DNA of 64,000 nt from the NCBI GenBank assembly GCA_030156535.1, contig JASGMJ010000022.1:9987-73986 (forward strand). Reading direction: 5' to 3'. Every line of letters starts with the position of its first letter. Positions within the stretch are counted from its first letter, which is position 1. Source of the stretch: Candidatus Sumerlaeota bacterium (GTDB taxonomy: Bacteria; Sumerlaeota; Sumerlaeia; SLMS01; JAHLLQ01). The notes under the pieces were generated by a model, which was given only the letters and a program-made list of their open reading frames with translations, did no database searches and was not told the origin of the DNA. The position numbers were made by a program, and so were the translations under genes. Shown here piece after piece: positions 54,984-63,934 of this stretch.

Positions 54984-56309
54984 GTGCCTTCTCGTCTAAC
55001 AACCCTTGTGCCGTCCGGCAAGGCCGGACATCCACTGGACGCGCCTCTTGCGGCGAAGGATTCGCGAACCGTGTGGACGTCACCCGACTTTCTGATCCGA
55101 TGGACGCTCGAGCACAAGCGGCTTGCCCGCCAGGTGCTGCGCGGCATCCGTCCCTCCGCTGAATCGGCGTGGAGCCGCCCACCCCGCGCCGGAGCGCCCT
55201 GGCCGCTCGTGCTCTACTCCCAGGTGGCCTGGGACGACGTCTGGCAGCGCCCGCAGGAACTCGCGCGCGGCATGGCTGCCCACCGCCCCGTGCTCTTCGT
55301 CTCGCCCGTGCAGGTGCACCAGACGGCCGGCCCCCTGAACGGACGATGCGAGACCGTGCGCGTGGAATGTGGCGGGCGTCTGACGATTCTCTCGCCGCTG
55401 CTCCTCACGGGCGAGTATCGCGGCTCGGCCATCCGCGCGCTCAACCGCGCCATTCTGGCGCGCGCCCTGCGCCCCTTCGTCCACGGCAGGCCGTTTGTCT
55501 TCCTCTCCAACTCGCCGTTCGTCGATGACCTCCAGGCCACGCTGCGCCCGGCCCTGACGGGCTACGACATCATCGACGACTTCTGCGCGTTCGAGTGGGC
55601 ACCGGCGAGCGCCCGCCGCCGCGAGCGCCGCCTGCTGGCCCGATGCGATTTCGCCACGGCGGGAACGTGGGCGCTGCACCGCAAGTACCAGCGCTCCGCA
55701 CCGGGCATGGAGTACCTGCCCAGCGGCGTCGATTTTCCGAAGCTCACCCGCCCCGCTCCAGAACCCGCCAGCCTCGCGGACCTTCCCCACCCGCGCTTCC
55801 TTTACGTCGGCACGCTCAACGACCGCCTTGACGGCGCGCTGTTCGACCGCGTGGCCCGCGCCTTCCCCGAGGCCACCATCGTCGTCGTTGGCCCGCGCCG
55901 CCAGACGTTCAGCGCCCCGGCCTTTCCGTCCAACGTCGTCGAGCTCGGTCTCAAGCCGCACGACGAACTCCCCGGCTTCTACCAGCATTGCGACCTGGGC
56001 CTGATGCCCTTTGCGGACAACGATGCCGCGCGCGCGATCAACCCGGTCAAGACGCTCGAATACCTGTCCGCCGGGCTCCCCGTCATCTCGACGCCGATCC
56101 CCGACGTGAAGCGCTTCTACGTCCCCCCCGTCGTCATCGCGCGTCCGGACGAATGGCCCGCGCAGATTCGCCGGATGCTCGCCGAGGACACGCCGGAGTT
56201 GCGCGCCGAACGCCGCGCCTTCGCCAGCGGCCACTCATGGGAATCGCTCGTTCAACGCATGGAGAACCGCATCCGTGCGCTCGAAGAGAAGCGGAGAGGC
56301 GCGCGATGA
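54984..56309 (+). CDS. Glycosyltransferase (GT-B, TuaH/GT1-like)
   Basis: N-terminal LVLYSQVAWDDVWQRPQELARGMA (the W-D-x-V-x-Q-R-P-Q motif common at the N-terminus of this GT group). C-terminal LMPFADNDAARAINPVKTLEYLSAGLPVISTP. Start uncertain: GTG at 54984 (track) or in-frame GTG at 55209 (VLYSQ...), which I consider at least as likely. Confidence 0.75.
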   Translation: MPSRLTTLVPSGKAGHPLDAPLAAKDSRTVWTSPDFLIRWTLEHKRLARQVLRGIRPSAESAWSRPPRAGAPWPLVLYSQVAWDDVWQRPQELARGMAAHRPVLFVSPVQVHQTAGPLNGRCETVRVECGGRLTILSPLLLTGEYRGSAIRALNRAILARALRPFVHGRPFVFLSNSPFVDDLQATLRPALTGYDIIDDFCAFEWAPASARRRERRLLARCDFATAGTWALHRKYQRSAPGMEYLPSGVDFPKLTRPAPEPASLADLPHPRFLYVGTLNDRLDGALFDRVARAFPEATIVVVGPRRQTFSAPAFPSNVVELGLKPHDELPGFYQHCDLGLMPFADNDAARAINPVKTLEYLSAGLPVISTPIPDVKRFYVPPVVIARPDEWPAQIRRMLAEDTPELRAERRAFASGHSWESLVQRMENRIRALEEKRRGAR

Positions 56310-58054
56310 GGTTCCTGTTCGTCACGTACCGCTGGGGCGTCGATCTGGTGGGAGGCGCGGAGATTCACCACCGCCGTCTCGTGCACGATCTGCTGGAGCT
56401 TGGCCACGAGGTTGACGTGTGGACGACCACGGGACGCGACATCGCCCCCGCGGCGCACTGGGCAACGGAATGGACACCGGGCTACCCCGAGGGCGAACGC
56501 GTGGAGGACGGCGTGCGCGTGCGGCGTTTCCGCATGGACGCGGGCAATCGCAAGCTGCTGCAAGTCTCCGCGCGCTATCTGCAGCGTTACATCGAGCGCG
56601 AATGGAGCGGGGCCGACCCGCGCACGATGGCGCGCATTGCCGCACGCCAGCCGGAAGCGCAAGAGCCCTGGGTGCATCTGCTCGACGGCTGGCATCCCGT
56701 GGAGCTCTGCCACGATGGCACGATGGCGCGCTGGTCGTTTCGCGAATCGCACATCGCCGCCTTTCCCCTTGGTGTGCATGGCGAATTGTGGATTTCGGGA
56801 AAGGCGCGCCGTCCGCTTCGCCTTGGCGTGCGCGACGGGTCGGACCGCTATCACTGGCGCGACGTCGAGGGTGACTTCGACGTCATGTTCCCCGTGCGCC
56901 GCGCGGAGGAGGGCGCCGATGCGTTCTCGCTCCTCGTCGAGCAACCGTGGCGCCCCCTGACGGACTACCGCACGCTCGGCGTCTACGTGCAGTCGGTGCG
57001 CTGGATGCCGGCGGGAACGCAAACGCCCGTCGAAGCCAATCTTTGGAACGACCACCGTGCCATCGGACGCCGCGACCCGGAGGCATGGTGGGAACTCCTC
57101 TGGCAGCGCGCACAGACACGCCCCGAGCGTTATGCGAAACTCTTCGACTGGCTGCGCGGCCCGCGCAGCGGTGCGCTCGCCAAGGCCCTGCGCACGCCGC
57201 CGCCCTGCGACGCCGTCATCGCCGCCAACCTGCCGTGGTCCATCATTCCGATGGTGGCGCGCGAATGTCCGTTGCCGCTGCTGGCGATGGCGCTCTGGCA
57301 CATCGAGGACGACTTCTACTATTGGCCGCAGTACATCGCCGCGCTCAAGCAGGCGCGCCTGGTCCTCGCGAACACGCCGTACTCGGCCGAGCGCTTCTTC
57401 CGCCCGCGCGGCATTCGTGCGGAGTTCGTCGGCCCCGGCGTGCCGCTCCCCCCCGAGCCCGCTTCCCCCATCGACGCCGCCGCGTGGAAGCAGCGCCACG
57501 GCATCGCGCAGGACGAGGCCGTCGTGCTGAGCGTGTCGCGCAAGAGCCCGGAGAAACGCTACGACACGATCGCCAGCGCGGTTGAGTTGTTGAACGCACG
57601 CGGACGGCGCACGCGCTTTGTTCTCATCGGCCCCGACATGGATTGCCGCGTCGTGCCCGCGTCCACGCTCTTTCTCGGCCGCGTGGACGACGCCGAACTG
57701 GATGCGGCGTACCGGTGCTGCGACGTGTTCGCCCTGATGTCCGACAGCGAGAGCTTCGGCATGGTGCTGGCCGAGGCCTGGTTGCGCGGCAAACCGGTGA
57801 TTGCCAACGCGGCGTGCGGCCCGGCGGCGTCGCTGGTGGACGACGGTGCCGACGGCCTGCTGGCGCACGATGTCGAAACACTTGCCGGGCGCATTGCCGA
57901 GCTGCTCGACGATCCCGCGCGCGCCCGCGCGATGGGGGAAGCGGGCCGCGCCAAGGCCCGCCGCGACTTCGTCCAGCGCGCCGCCACTCAGCGCCTGCTC
58001 GCCGCCGCCCGGCAGGCCCTCGCAAACCGGCCTTCTCCGCCGCTCTCTCCTTGA
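56306..58054 (+). CDS. GT4/GT1-family glycosyltransferase with ~200-aa insertion in the N-terminal Rossmann half
   Basis: MRFLFVTYRWGVDLVGGAEIHHRRLVHDLLELGHEVDVW. C-terminal Glycos_transf_1-type FALMSDSESFGMVLAEAWLRGKPVIA...DGADGLL. ATGA start/stop overlap with the upstream GT. Confidence 0.8.
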   Translation: MRFLFVTYRWGVDLVGGAEIHHRRLVHDLLELGHEVDVWTTTGRDIAPAAHWATEWTPGYPEGERVEDGVRVRRFRMDAGNRKLLQVSARYLQRYIEREWSGADPRTMARIAARQPEAQEPWVHLLDGWHPVELCHDGTMARWSFRESHIAAFPLGVHGELWISGKARRPLRLGVRDGSDRYHWRDVEGDFDVMFPVRRAEEGADAFSLLVEQPWRPLTDYRTLGVYVQSVRWMPAGTQTPVEANLWNDHRAIGRRDPEAWWELLWQRAQTRPERYAKLFDWLRGPRSGALAKALRTPPPCDAVIAANLPWSIIPMVARECPLPLLAMALWHIEDDFYYWPQYIAALKQARLVLANTPYSAERFFRPRGIRAEFVGPGVPLPPEPASPIDAAAWKQRHGIAQDEAVVLSVSRKSPEKRYDTIASAVELLNARGRRTRFVLIGPDMDCRVVPASTLFLGRVDDAELDAAYRCCDVFALMSDSESFGMVLAEAWLRGKPVIANAACGPAASLVDDGADGLLAHDVETLAGRIAELLDDPARARAMGEAGRAKARRDFVQRAATQRLLAAARQALANRPSPPLSP

Positions 58055-58184
58055 AAACGCCCTGCAAGCGTGCATGGTCGTTTCATCGGATTCGTCCGCG
58101 CAACGGAACCCGGCACTTCAATCGCTTGTCCCATTCAACAAGACGATCCCCGAAGGACGGGCATACCCCGCCGGGAGAAGAACC

Positions 58185-59159
58185 ATGAAGACTCCACGCC
58201 TATTCGCTCTCACCCTGCTGTTCGCACTGCTGGCGGTCTCGGCTGTCACCGCGCAATCCAAGCTCGAACGCAAACCCGAAGCGCAGGCGGGCACGCGCGT
58301 TCAGGTCGTTCCCCAACCCGAACGCATCGCCGTCTACCCCGAGCAGATCACCGTTACGCTGCGGACTGATCGCAGCTCCTATTGGGAAGGGGACGATGTG
58401 GACATCACGTTCCGCGTCAGCCACGATTCCTACCTCTATCTGTTCAGCACCGATCCGCGCGGCGAAACCCGCATGATTTTCCCGAATCGCTACGACCGCG
58501 ACAACCTCCTGCGTGGCGGACGCACCTACCGCATTCCCGATTCGTCCTACCGCATGGTCGCAACGGGACCGTCGGGCTACGACACGTTGCACGCCATCGC
58601 CACGACGGAACGCTATGACTGGATCGACCGCGGTTATCACCGCATTTCCTACGACGACCCGTTTCCGATCGTTCAGCGCGCACCGGCGCAGTTCTTTGGC
58701 GAGGTGCGGCGCAGCGCCGAATCGCAGGTGAATGCCAAGGTGGCAGGGCAGCGCAATTCGGGCGTCGCCACCGAACGCATCGCCGTTGTTCCCGGCCACC
58801 TCTGGAAAGCGCCCGGCTATGGCGAGGCCATCCGCACCGTTCGCGTCCGTGGACGCAGTTACTATGAACCGCCCAATGTGCGCCCGCCGGACATCCGTTC
58901 TCCCATCATCCGTCCTCCCCACCGGGATGACTACGACAACCCGGGGGAACTGAGCATCAGTTCCTCGCCCAGCCGCGCGTATGTCTACATCGACGGACGC
59001 TACGTCGGACGCACGCCCTTCGATGCCGAGCTCAAGGCCGGACGTTACGACGTGCAGGTCTACAAGGACGGCTACTATCCGTGGACGACGACGGTGGACC
59101 TCGATCCGAACCGCCGCGAATCCTTCCGCTTCGCACTCCGCAGGCTGCCTTACCGCTAA
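58185..59159 (+). CDS. Secreted DUF4384 + PEGA domain protein
   Basis: Signal peptide MKTPRLFALTLLFALLAVSAVTAQ. DUF4384-like YWEGDDVDITFRVSHDSYLYLFSTDPRGETRMIFPN. PEGA LSISSSPSRAYVYIDGRYVGRTPFDAELKAGRYDVQVYKDGYYPW. Confidence 0.8.
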   Translation: MKTPRLFALTLLFALLAVSAVTAQSKLERKPEAQAGTRVQVVPQPERIAVYPEQITVTLRTDRSSYWEGDDVDITFRVSHDSYLYLFSTDPRGETRMIFPNRYDRDNLLRGGRTYRIPDSSYRMVATGPSGYDTLHAIATTERYDWIDRGYHRISYDDPFPIVQRAPAQFFGEVRRSAESQVNAKVAGQRNSGVATERIAVVPGHLWKAPGYGEAIRTVRVRGRSYYEPPNVRPPDIRSPIIRPPHRDDYDNPGELSISSSPSRAYVYIDGRYVGRTPFDAELKAGRYDVQVYKDGYYPWTTTVDLDPNRRESFRFALRRLPYR

Positions 59160-59372
59160 GGAAGTCGCTGCGCGATGGCCGTCACCATCCACTTCTGTGA
59201 CGGCATCGCGTTGGAGGCCTGCCTTCCCTTGTGATGCCATCGATTGCTCAGGGACGGGGCCCCATGATCTCAGGCTCTATTCAGGAATCCTGTTGATCCC
59301 GGTGCCGATTGGGGCGAGGAAGCCACGGGGGTCATTACTTCCTTTCTTTTATTAAGACTTCAGGAGTGTTCC

Positions 59373-61193
59373 ATGTCCTATTTCAAGGGGAGAGGTCTGC
59401 GCCGGTTTCTGGGCGCGGTGTTGATACTTGCTGCCACGGCGACGACGGCACAGGCGCAACTGTTGTCCGGCGCCAACTGGTTCGAACGCGAAGTTGGCAA
59501 GGGGGTGACGTGGAGGTACTATCAGTTCGACGATCTCTTCAGCAGCAAGCAGAGCATCTCGTACATGGAGGTGGATCTGGACGATCCGGATGTTGATTTC
59601 CAGATTCGTTTCCGCGAGGCGGCCGTGGGACCCAGCCCGCCCGCAATTTTTCCGCGTGCCCCCACCAGCACGTTCGCGGGCGAAGTTCCCGGAGCCAAGG
59701 CCGCAATCAACGGCACTTACTTCAATACCAAGAGTTATGATTCCGCGAATCCCACGACGCCCTGGGGCGGTGGGACGACGTACCTCAAGGTCGACGGAAC
59801 CACCGTGCATGCGTTCGACGGGACAAATGTCAACACGTCCGGTATGGGGATTCTCTACAACACCAAGAATGACGTGACGTTCGAGCGCAGGCCGGAATCG
59901 GGCGGATGGACAGGCATCGATTCCAGCTGGCAGAACATGATGATCTGCGGCCCGGTGCTGCTCAAGAACGGTGTTGTCGAGACCTACGCGGAATCAAACA
60001 CCCACGCGACCGCGCGCCATCCGCGCTCGGCCGTTGGCATCACGAGCACGAACAAGCTGATCCTGCTGGCTGTGGACGGGCGCACGTCCGACGCGGCGGG
60101 CATGTCGTGCACCGAGCTTGCGCAGGTCATCAAGGAACTCGGCGCGGTTGACGCGATCAACCTCGACGGCGGCGGCTCGACGACGCTTTGGGCTGCGGGC
60201 GAGCCCTACAGCGGCGTGGTCAATTTTCCCTCCGACAACGGTACCTACGACCACCTCGGCCAGCGTTCCGCAGCCAACGCGTTGATTGTGACGTCCACGG
60301 CGCCCACACCCGCACCGTGGGACGGCCGGCTGAACAACATCACCTATGATCTGACGGCGCGCTCGGGCGATCCGTACACCGTGACGCTGACGTACACGAA
60401 CATCGGCACGGAGACGTGGACGCCGGGCACTGTCAAGGTTGTCCCCAGCCGCGCCCTCGGCCGCACGAGTTCCTTCATTCCGGCGGGCCAGGAGAACACC
60501 TTCTTCGCGATGAGCCCCACTTCTGTCGCCACGGGGCAGACGGCGACGTTCACGCTCACCCTGACGCCGCCGGAGGTGGCCGCCGACACCGCCTTCATCG
60601 AGCACTTCGCTCTGTCGCACAGCACGCTCGGCTACTTCGGCCCGGCGGACAACGAGGCGCGCGTCACGGTGACGGTGCGCCCCTCCTTCACCACCACGCC
60701 GCCACCGATGATCGTTCAGGGCGGATCGGGTGCCCCCAACAGCCAATGGTACGAAGAGACCTCGGGGTCATGGAGCAACTCCAGCGTCAGCTTCACGGCT
60801 CCCGGCGTCTACAGCCCCGGCAGCCAGCGCTATGTCGGCGCCGGTTCCACGGGCCGCTCGGCACGCTTCGCCCCCGTCTTTGAACTCCAGGGCTTCTACA
60901 AGGTCTCCGTCGCCTTCCCGGCCAGCACGAACAGCATCGCGGTACGCTACGACGTGAACCATCTGGGTGGCACGTCGTCGTTCACCGTTGATCAGAACCA
61001 GACGACCGGATCGCCCAATGAGTGGGTGGAGCTCGGCACGTTCGAGTTCGGCACCGGTACGACGAGTGGCGGGGCGTTTGGCGCGCACAGCGTCGTCATC
61101 GGCAACCCCACGACAACCGGCAACCGCTTCTACTCGGGCGCCGTGCTCTTCGAATTCGACGAGACGGTTGTGCAGGACTGGGAGGGGTACTGA
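59373..61193 (+). CDS. Secreted phosphodiester glycosidase (NAGPA/DUF2233) family protein with Ig-like and golvesin-C-like C-terminal domains
   Basis: Signal peptide ...LGAVLILAATATTAQA. MICGPVLLKNGVV...HPRSAVGITSTNKLILLAVDGR...AINLDGGGSTTLW. C-terminal ...GFYKVSVAFPASTNSIAVRYDVNHLGGTSSFTVDQNQ...WVELGTFEF. Ends VVQDWEGY. Confidence 0.85.
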   Translation: MSYFKGRGLRRFLGAVLILAATATTAQAQLLSGANWFEREVGKGVTWRYYQFDDLFSSKQSISYMEVDLDDPDVDFQIRFREAAVGPSPPAIFPRAPTSTFAGEVPGAKAAINGTYFNTKSYDSANPTTPWGGGTTYLKVDGTTVHAFDGTNVNTSGMGILYNTKNDVTFERRPESGGWTGIDSSWQNMMICGPVLLKNGVVETYAESNTHATARHPRSAVGITSTNKLILLAVDGRTSDAAGMSCTELAQVIKELGAVDAINLDGGGSTTLWAAGEPYSGVVNFPSDNGTYDHLGQRSAANALIVTSTAPTPAPWDGRLNNITYDLTARSGDPYTVTLTYTNIGTETWTPGTVKVVPSRALGRTSSFIPAGQENTFFAMSPTSVATGQTATFTLTLTPPEVAADTAFIEHFALSHSTLGYFGPADNEARVTVTVRPSFTTTPPPMIVQGGSGAPNSQWYEETSGSWSNSSVSFTAPGVYSPGSQRYVGAGSTGRSARFAPVFELQGFYKVSVAFPASTNSIAVRYDVNHLGGTSSFTVDQNQTTGSPNEWVELGTFEFGTGTTSGGAFGAHSVVIGNPTTTGNRFYSGAVLFEFDETVVQDWEGY

Positions 61194-61225
61194 TCCCACT
61201 GGGAGCGGAGCTTTGATTCAACGAA

Positions 61226-61270
61226 ATCAGCCCCCGCCTGGCAAACCGGCGGGGGCTGATTTTTCGTTTC
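61226..61270 (+). terminator. Rho-independent terminator (possibly bidirectional, between convergent genes)
   Basis: Perfect 13-bp stem ATCAGCCCCCGCC / GGCGGGGGCTGAT with 9-nt loop, followed by TTTTCGTTTC. Confidence 0.8.
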
Positions 61271-61289
61271 ACGTTCTTTTTTCGCTCCG

Positions 61290-62498
61290 CTATCTTCCGC
61301 CGCCGCCGGGGCGTCCGCCACCACCCGAGCGCCCTCCACTTCCACCCGGAGGAACGCCACGGGTCGGAATATCGATGTCGGGAATCTCGATGGTGGGGAG
61401 GTTCTCGGGGAGTACGGGCTGGGGAATGGTGTAGGTTTCCTCGGGGCCGTAGTCAAAGCGGCTTCCCGCGTCGTAAGTCAGGATGTACTTGTAGCCGCCT
61501 GCCAGAGGATGGCGCAGGTAGGCAGGTCGCTGGGTGATTTCGCGCTGGATCATCCCCGGCAGGGTGGATTGGTCGCGCTTGGCGTCGGCGATGGACTGGG
61601 TGCCGGTGGTGGCGACTTCGGCGGCGAGGTCATAGCGCCCGGGGAGGACGAAGACACGCTGCTGCATGGAGTACGGTTCGATGATGATCGAACGGCTCAT
61701 CGGGCCGCTGAGGAGAAAACGGACGGTCTGGCTGGAGGAGTTGACGAGTTGGAGTTCGGAGTCGGAGGAGTCGATGCGGCCGACGGGGCGCGGGGCTTCC
61801 AAGCGGATGAAGTCGCTCTCGGCGATGGTGGCGACGCGCTCGTCGATGCTCGTCTCCACATCGCGCACCTCGGGGGTGACCCAGCGATCCTTGAACAGAA
61901 CGAGGCCCGCGGCGGCCTGATCGGCGGCAAACAGCTCGTCGCGCTTGGCGGGAGTCAGCCACTGGCCCTTGTAGTTTACCAGGCCCTTGGCCTGCATGGC
62001 GAGGGCCTCGGCCTCCTCGGCGGGATACCATTCGCCGTTGAATTCGACGAGGCCCTTGTCGGCGGGCTTCACCCACTCGCCCTGAAAGAGAACAAGGCCT
62101 TCTGAGCGCATGCGGGCAGCGTAGTTCTCCGGCGTTTCCTTGAGCTCAAAGGAGAGGCTTTCGTTGCGGAACAGATAAAGTTGAACGGGCTGGGGCAGCG
62201 GGCGGAAGTAGCCGTCCTTTTCGACAGTGATCCAGAAGGCGTCGCCATAGCGGCCGCTGGCACGCAGAGGCGTTTGGACACCGGTGGAGTAGGAGGTGTC
62301 GTCCCAGGCACGCGGTGGCCACGGACGCCAGTCATCGTCGTTTGCCGAGGGCGACCACAGGACCGTGGCGCCCGGCGGAGTCGATTCCACGACGAGGCGC
62401 GCACACCCGGTTGTGGCGAGAAGAGAGGCTGCCAAACAAAAACCGCCGGCCCATCGCACGATGCGGCTGACCGGCGGAGAAACGGAAACCGCTGTCAT
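61290..62498 (-). CDS. Lipoprotein with PEGA-like N-domain, four G-L-V-x-[FY]-x-G-x-W repeats and an RGG-rich C-terminal tail
   Basis: Lipobox FCLAASLLATTGC. LVVESTPPGATVLW. Repeats EGLVLFQGEWVKP / KGLVEFNGEWYPA / KGLVNYKGQWLTP / AGLVLFKDRWVTP. Tail RGVPPGGSGGRSGGGGRPGGGGR. The ATG at 62498 lies 11 nt after the upstream stop; the track ORF starts at 62546. Confidence 0.7.
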   Translation of the reverse strand: MTAVSVSPPVSRIVRWAGGFCLAASLLATTGCARLVVESTPPGATVLWSPSANDDDWRPWPPRAWDDTSYSTGVQTPLRASGRYGDAFWITVEKDGYFRPLPQPVQLYLFRNESLSFELKETPENYAARMRSEGLVLFQGEWVKPADKGLVEFNGEWYPAEEAEALAMQAKGLVNYKGQWLTPAKRDELFAADQAAAGLVLFKDRWVTPEVRDVETSIDERVATIAESDFIRLEAPRPVGRIDSSDSELQLVNSSSQTVRFLLSGPMSRSIIIEPYSMQQRVFVLPGRYDLAAEVATTGTQSIADAKRDQSTLPGMIQREITQRPAYLRHPLAGGYKYILTYDAGSRFDYGPEETYTIPQPVLPENLPTIEIPDIDIPTRGVPPGGSGGRSGGGGRPGGGGR

Positions 62499-62508
62499 AG
62501 GTGTCGCC

Positions 62509-63249
62509 TCAGGCCAATTCTTGTTCAACGGGCTGGAAGGTTTCATCTTCGCTCAGGATGCGCGAGCAGTGATCGCACTGAAAGAGCGAGTCGTTGCGAT
62601 GAAGTTCCACTAGGCGGTTGGGAAGCAACGCATAGTTGCATCCGGTGCAACTGCCGTTGCGGACGGGGACAACTGGGTTGTCGGGCCAGCGTTTGCGGAC
62701 GCGCTCGTAAAGTTCGAGGGAGGGGGCATCGATTTTCGGGACTGTCTTGGCGCGTGCCTTCTGAAGGGCGTCGATGCGCTGCTTTTTCTTGGTCACCTGG
62801 TCGCGGATGCGGTTGCGCTCGGTGCGGGCACGTTCCTTGGCCTCGGCGAGTTCGGCCTCGGCGGCGATGGTCTTCTCGTTGAGCTGCGGGTCTTCCTCAA
62901 GCAGTTGCATGCCGCGCTCTTCGAGCCGCGCGATGGTCTTCTTCAGGCTGTCGATCTGGGCGGAGATGGCGGTGAGTTCCTTGCCGGTCTTCACGAGCAT
63001 CTGCTGGGACTGGTACTGCTTCAGCTTCTCGGTGCTGAGGCGAAGTTCCTGCTCGGTCTTGCGGCGCTCGGCCATGCGCTTTTCGATGGTGGAGTGAAGT
63101 TCCTCCACTTTCTCGGTCTTCTTGCGCAGCTCGGCTTTTGTCTCCTCCCAGATAACGGGATAGCGATTGAGCTGCTGCTGAAGCTGACCGGTTTCGCTGT
63201 CGATCTCCTGCAATTCCAGGAGCAGGCTAATCTGCGGATGCACGGCCAT
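62509..63249 (-). CDS. COG1579/DUF164-type coiled-coil protein with C-terminal C4 zinc ribbon
   Basis: Long heptad-rich region (LLELQEIDSETGQLQQQL...), then CTGCNYALLPNRLVELHRNDSLFQCDHCSRIL. GAGGAAG RBS before the ATG at 63249. Confidence 0.8.
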   Translation of the reverse strand: MAVHPQISLLLELQEIDSETGQLQQQLNRYPVIWEETKAELRKKTEKVEELHSTIEKRMAERRKTEQELRLSTEKLKQYQSQQMLVKTGKELTAISAQIDSLKKTIARLEERGMQLLEEDPQLNEKTIAAEAELAEAKERARTERNRIRDQVTKKKQRIDALQKARAKTVPKIDAPSLELYERVRKRWPDNPVVPVRNGSCTGCNYALLPNRLVELHRNDSLFQCDHCSRILSEDETFQPVEQELA

Positions 63250-63523
63250 TGGGTCTTCCTCACACGTTTTCTTTTGGTCGATCGTTGGTGACGGCAGGGC
63301 ATTCTTGTGAAGAACAAGGAAAGGGAGCCGGGAGAACTTGTCTCTCCCGCCTTCGGAACCTTCCGAAGCTTGGGAAGATAGAAGGCCCTGGCGATTCAGC
63401 TTACGTTCGTTTTGCCGTCCGCCCCGGGAGCCGGATTCCATGAAACCCGTCCAACAGAAGAAAAGCTAGGGGAGTCCCCTCTCGTGCCTCAAGGCTTTTC
63501 GTCCGGTGCGTGTGGGCCCTGCG

Positions 63524-63838
63524 CTACAGATGAACGACGACGGCCCATTCGTTGGCGGTGCGGTACAACGTCAGGCGCAGCGAAAGCGCAAGCCGATGGA
63601 CGGTGAGATCCCCTTCGCCGATGGTCTCGATGCGGTGCCACGCCTCGGGTTCGACGAGAGTGGAAAGTTCGCGGGCAATGCGCTCGGAGGTGAGAGGGGG
63701 ATAGGGGCCGGCGGGGAAAAGGTCCTCGCCCCTGCGGCGCAGCATGGGCGGTGCGCCGGCGACGAGATGGATTTTCCCCGCGCCCTCTTCCTCGGCACGA
63801 TAAATCAAGTCGTCGAGAGTCCAGTCGGCGTTGGTCAT
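63524..63838 (-). CDS. Stand-alone PilT N-terminal-domain-like protein (no ATPase domain)
   Basis: LDDLIYRAEEEGAGKIHLVAGAPPMLRRRGEDL...LTSERIAREL...LSLRLTLYRTANEWAVVVHL parallels the first ~100 residues of PilT (compare ASDLYLIAGAVPAM...RFRVNVLWQRGHVGMVLRRV in the 44148 gene). It stops before any Walker A. Confidence 0.55.
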   Translation of the reverse strand: MTNADWTLDDLIYRAEEEGAGKIHLVAGAPPMLRRRGEDLFPAGPYPPLTSERIARELSTLVEPEAWHRIETIGEGDLTVHRLALSLRLTLYRTANEWAVVVHL

Positions 63839-63934
63839 GGCGAATTTCGGAGGAGTTGTGTGTTGCCCGGATGCTGACAGAAGCCGGGGGGCCTTCACCC
63901 CCCGGTGTCGTTGATTGCTGTTTGTTCGGGACGA

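Noticed and set aside
56252-58075. 607-aa minus-strand ORF
   Set aside because: It is antisense to the GT4-type glycosyltransferase.
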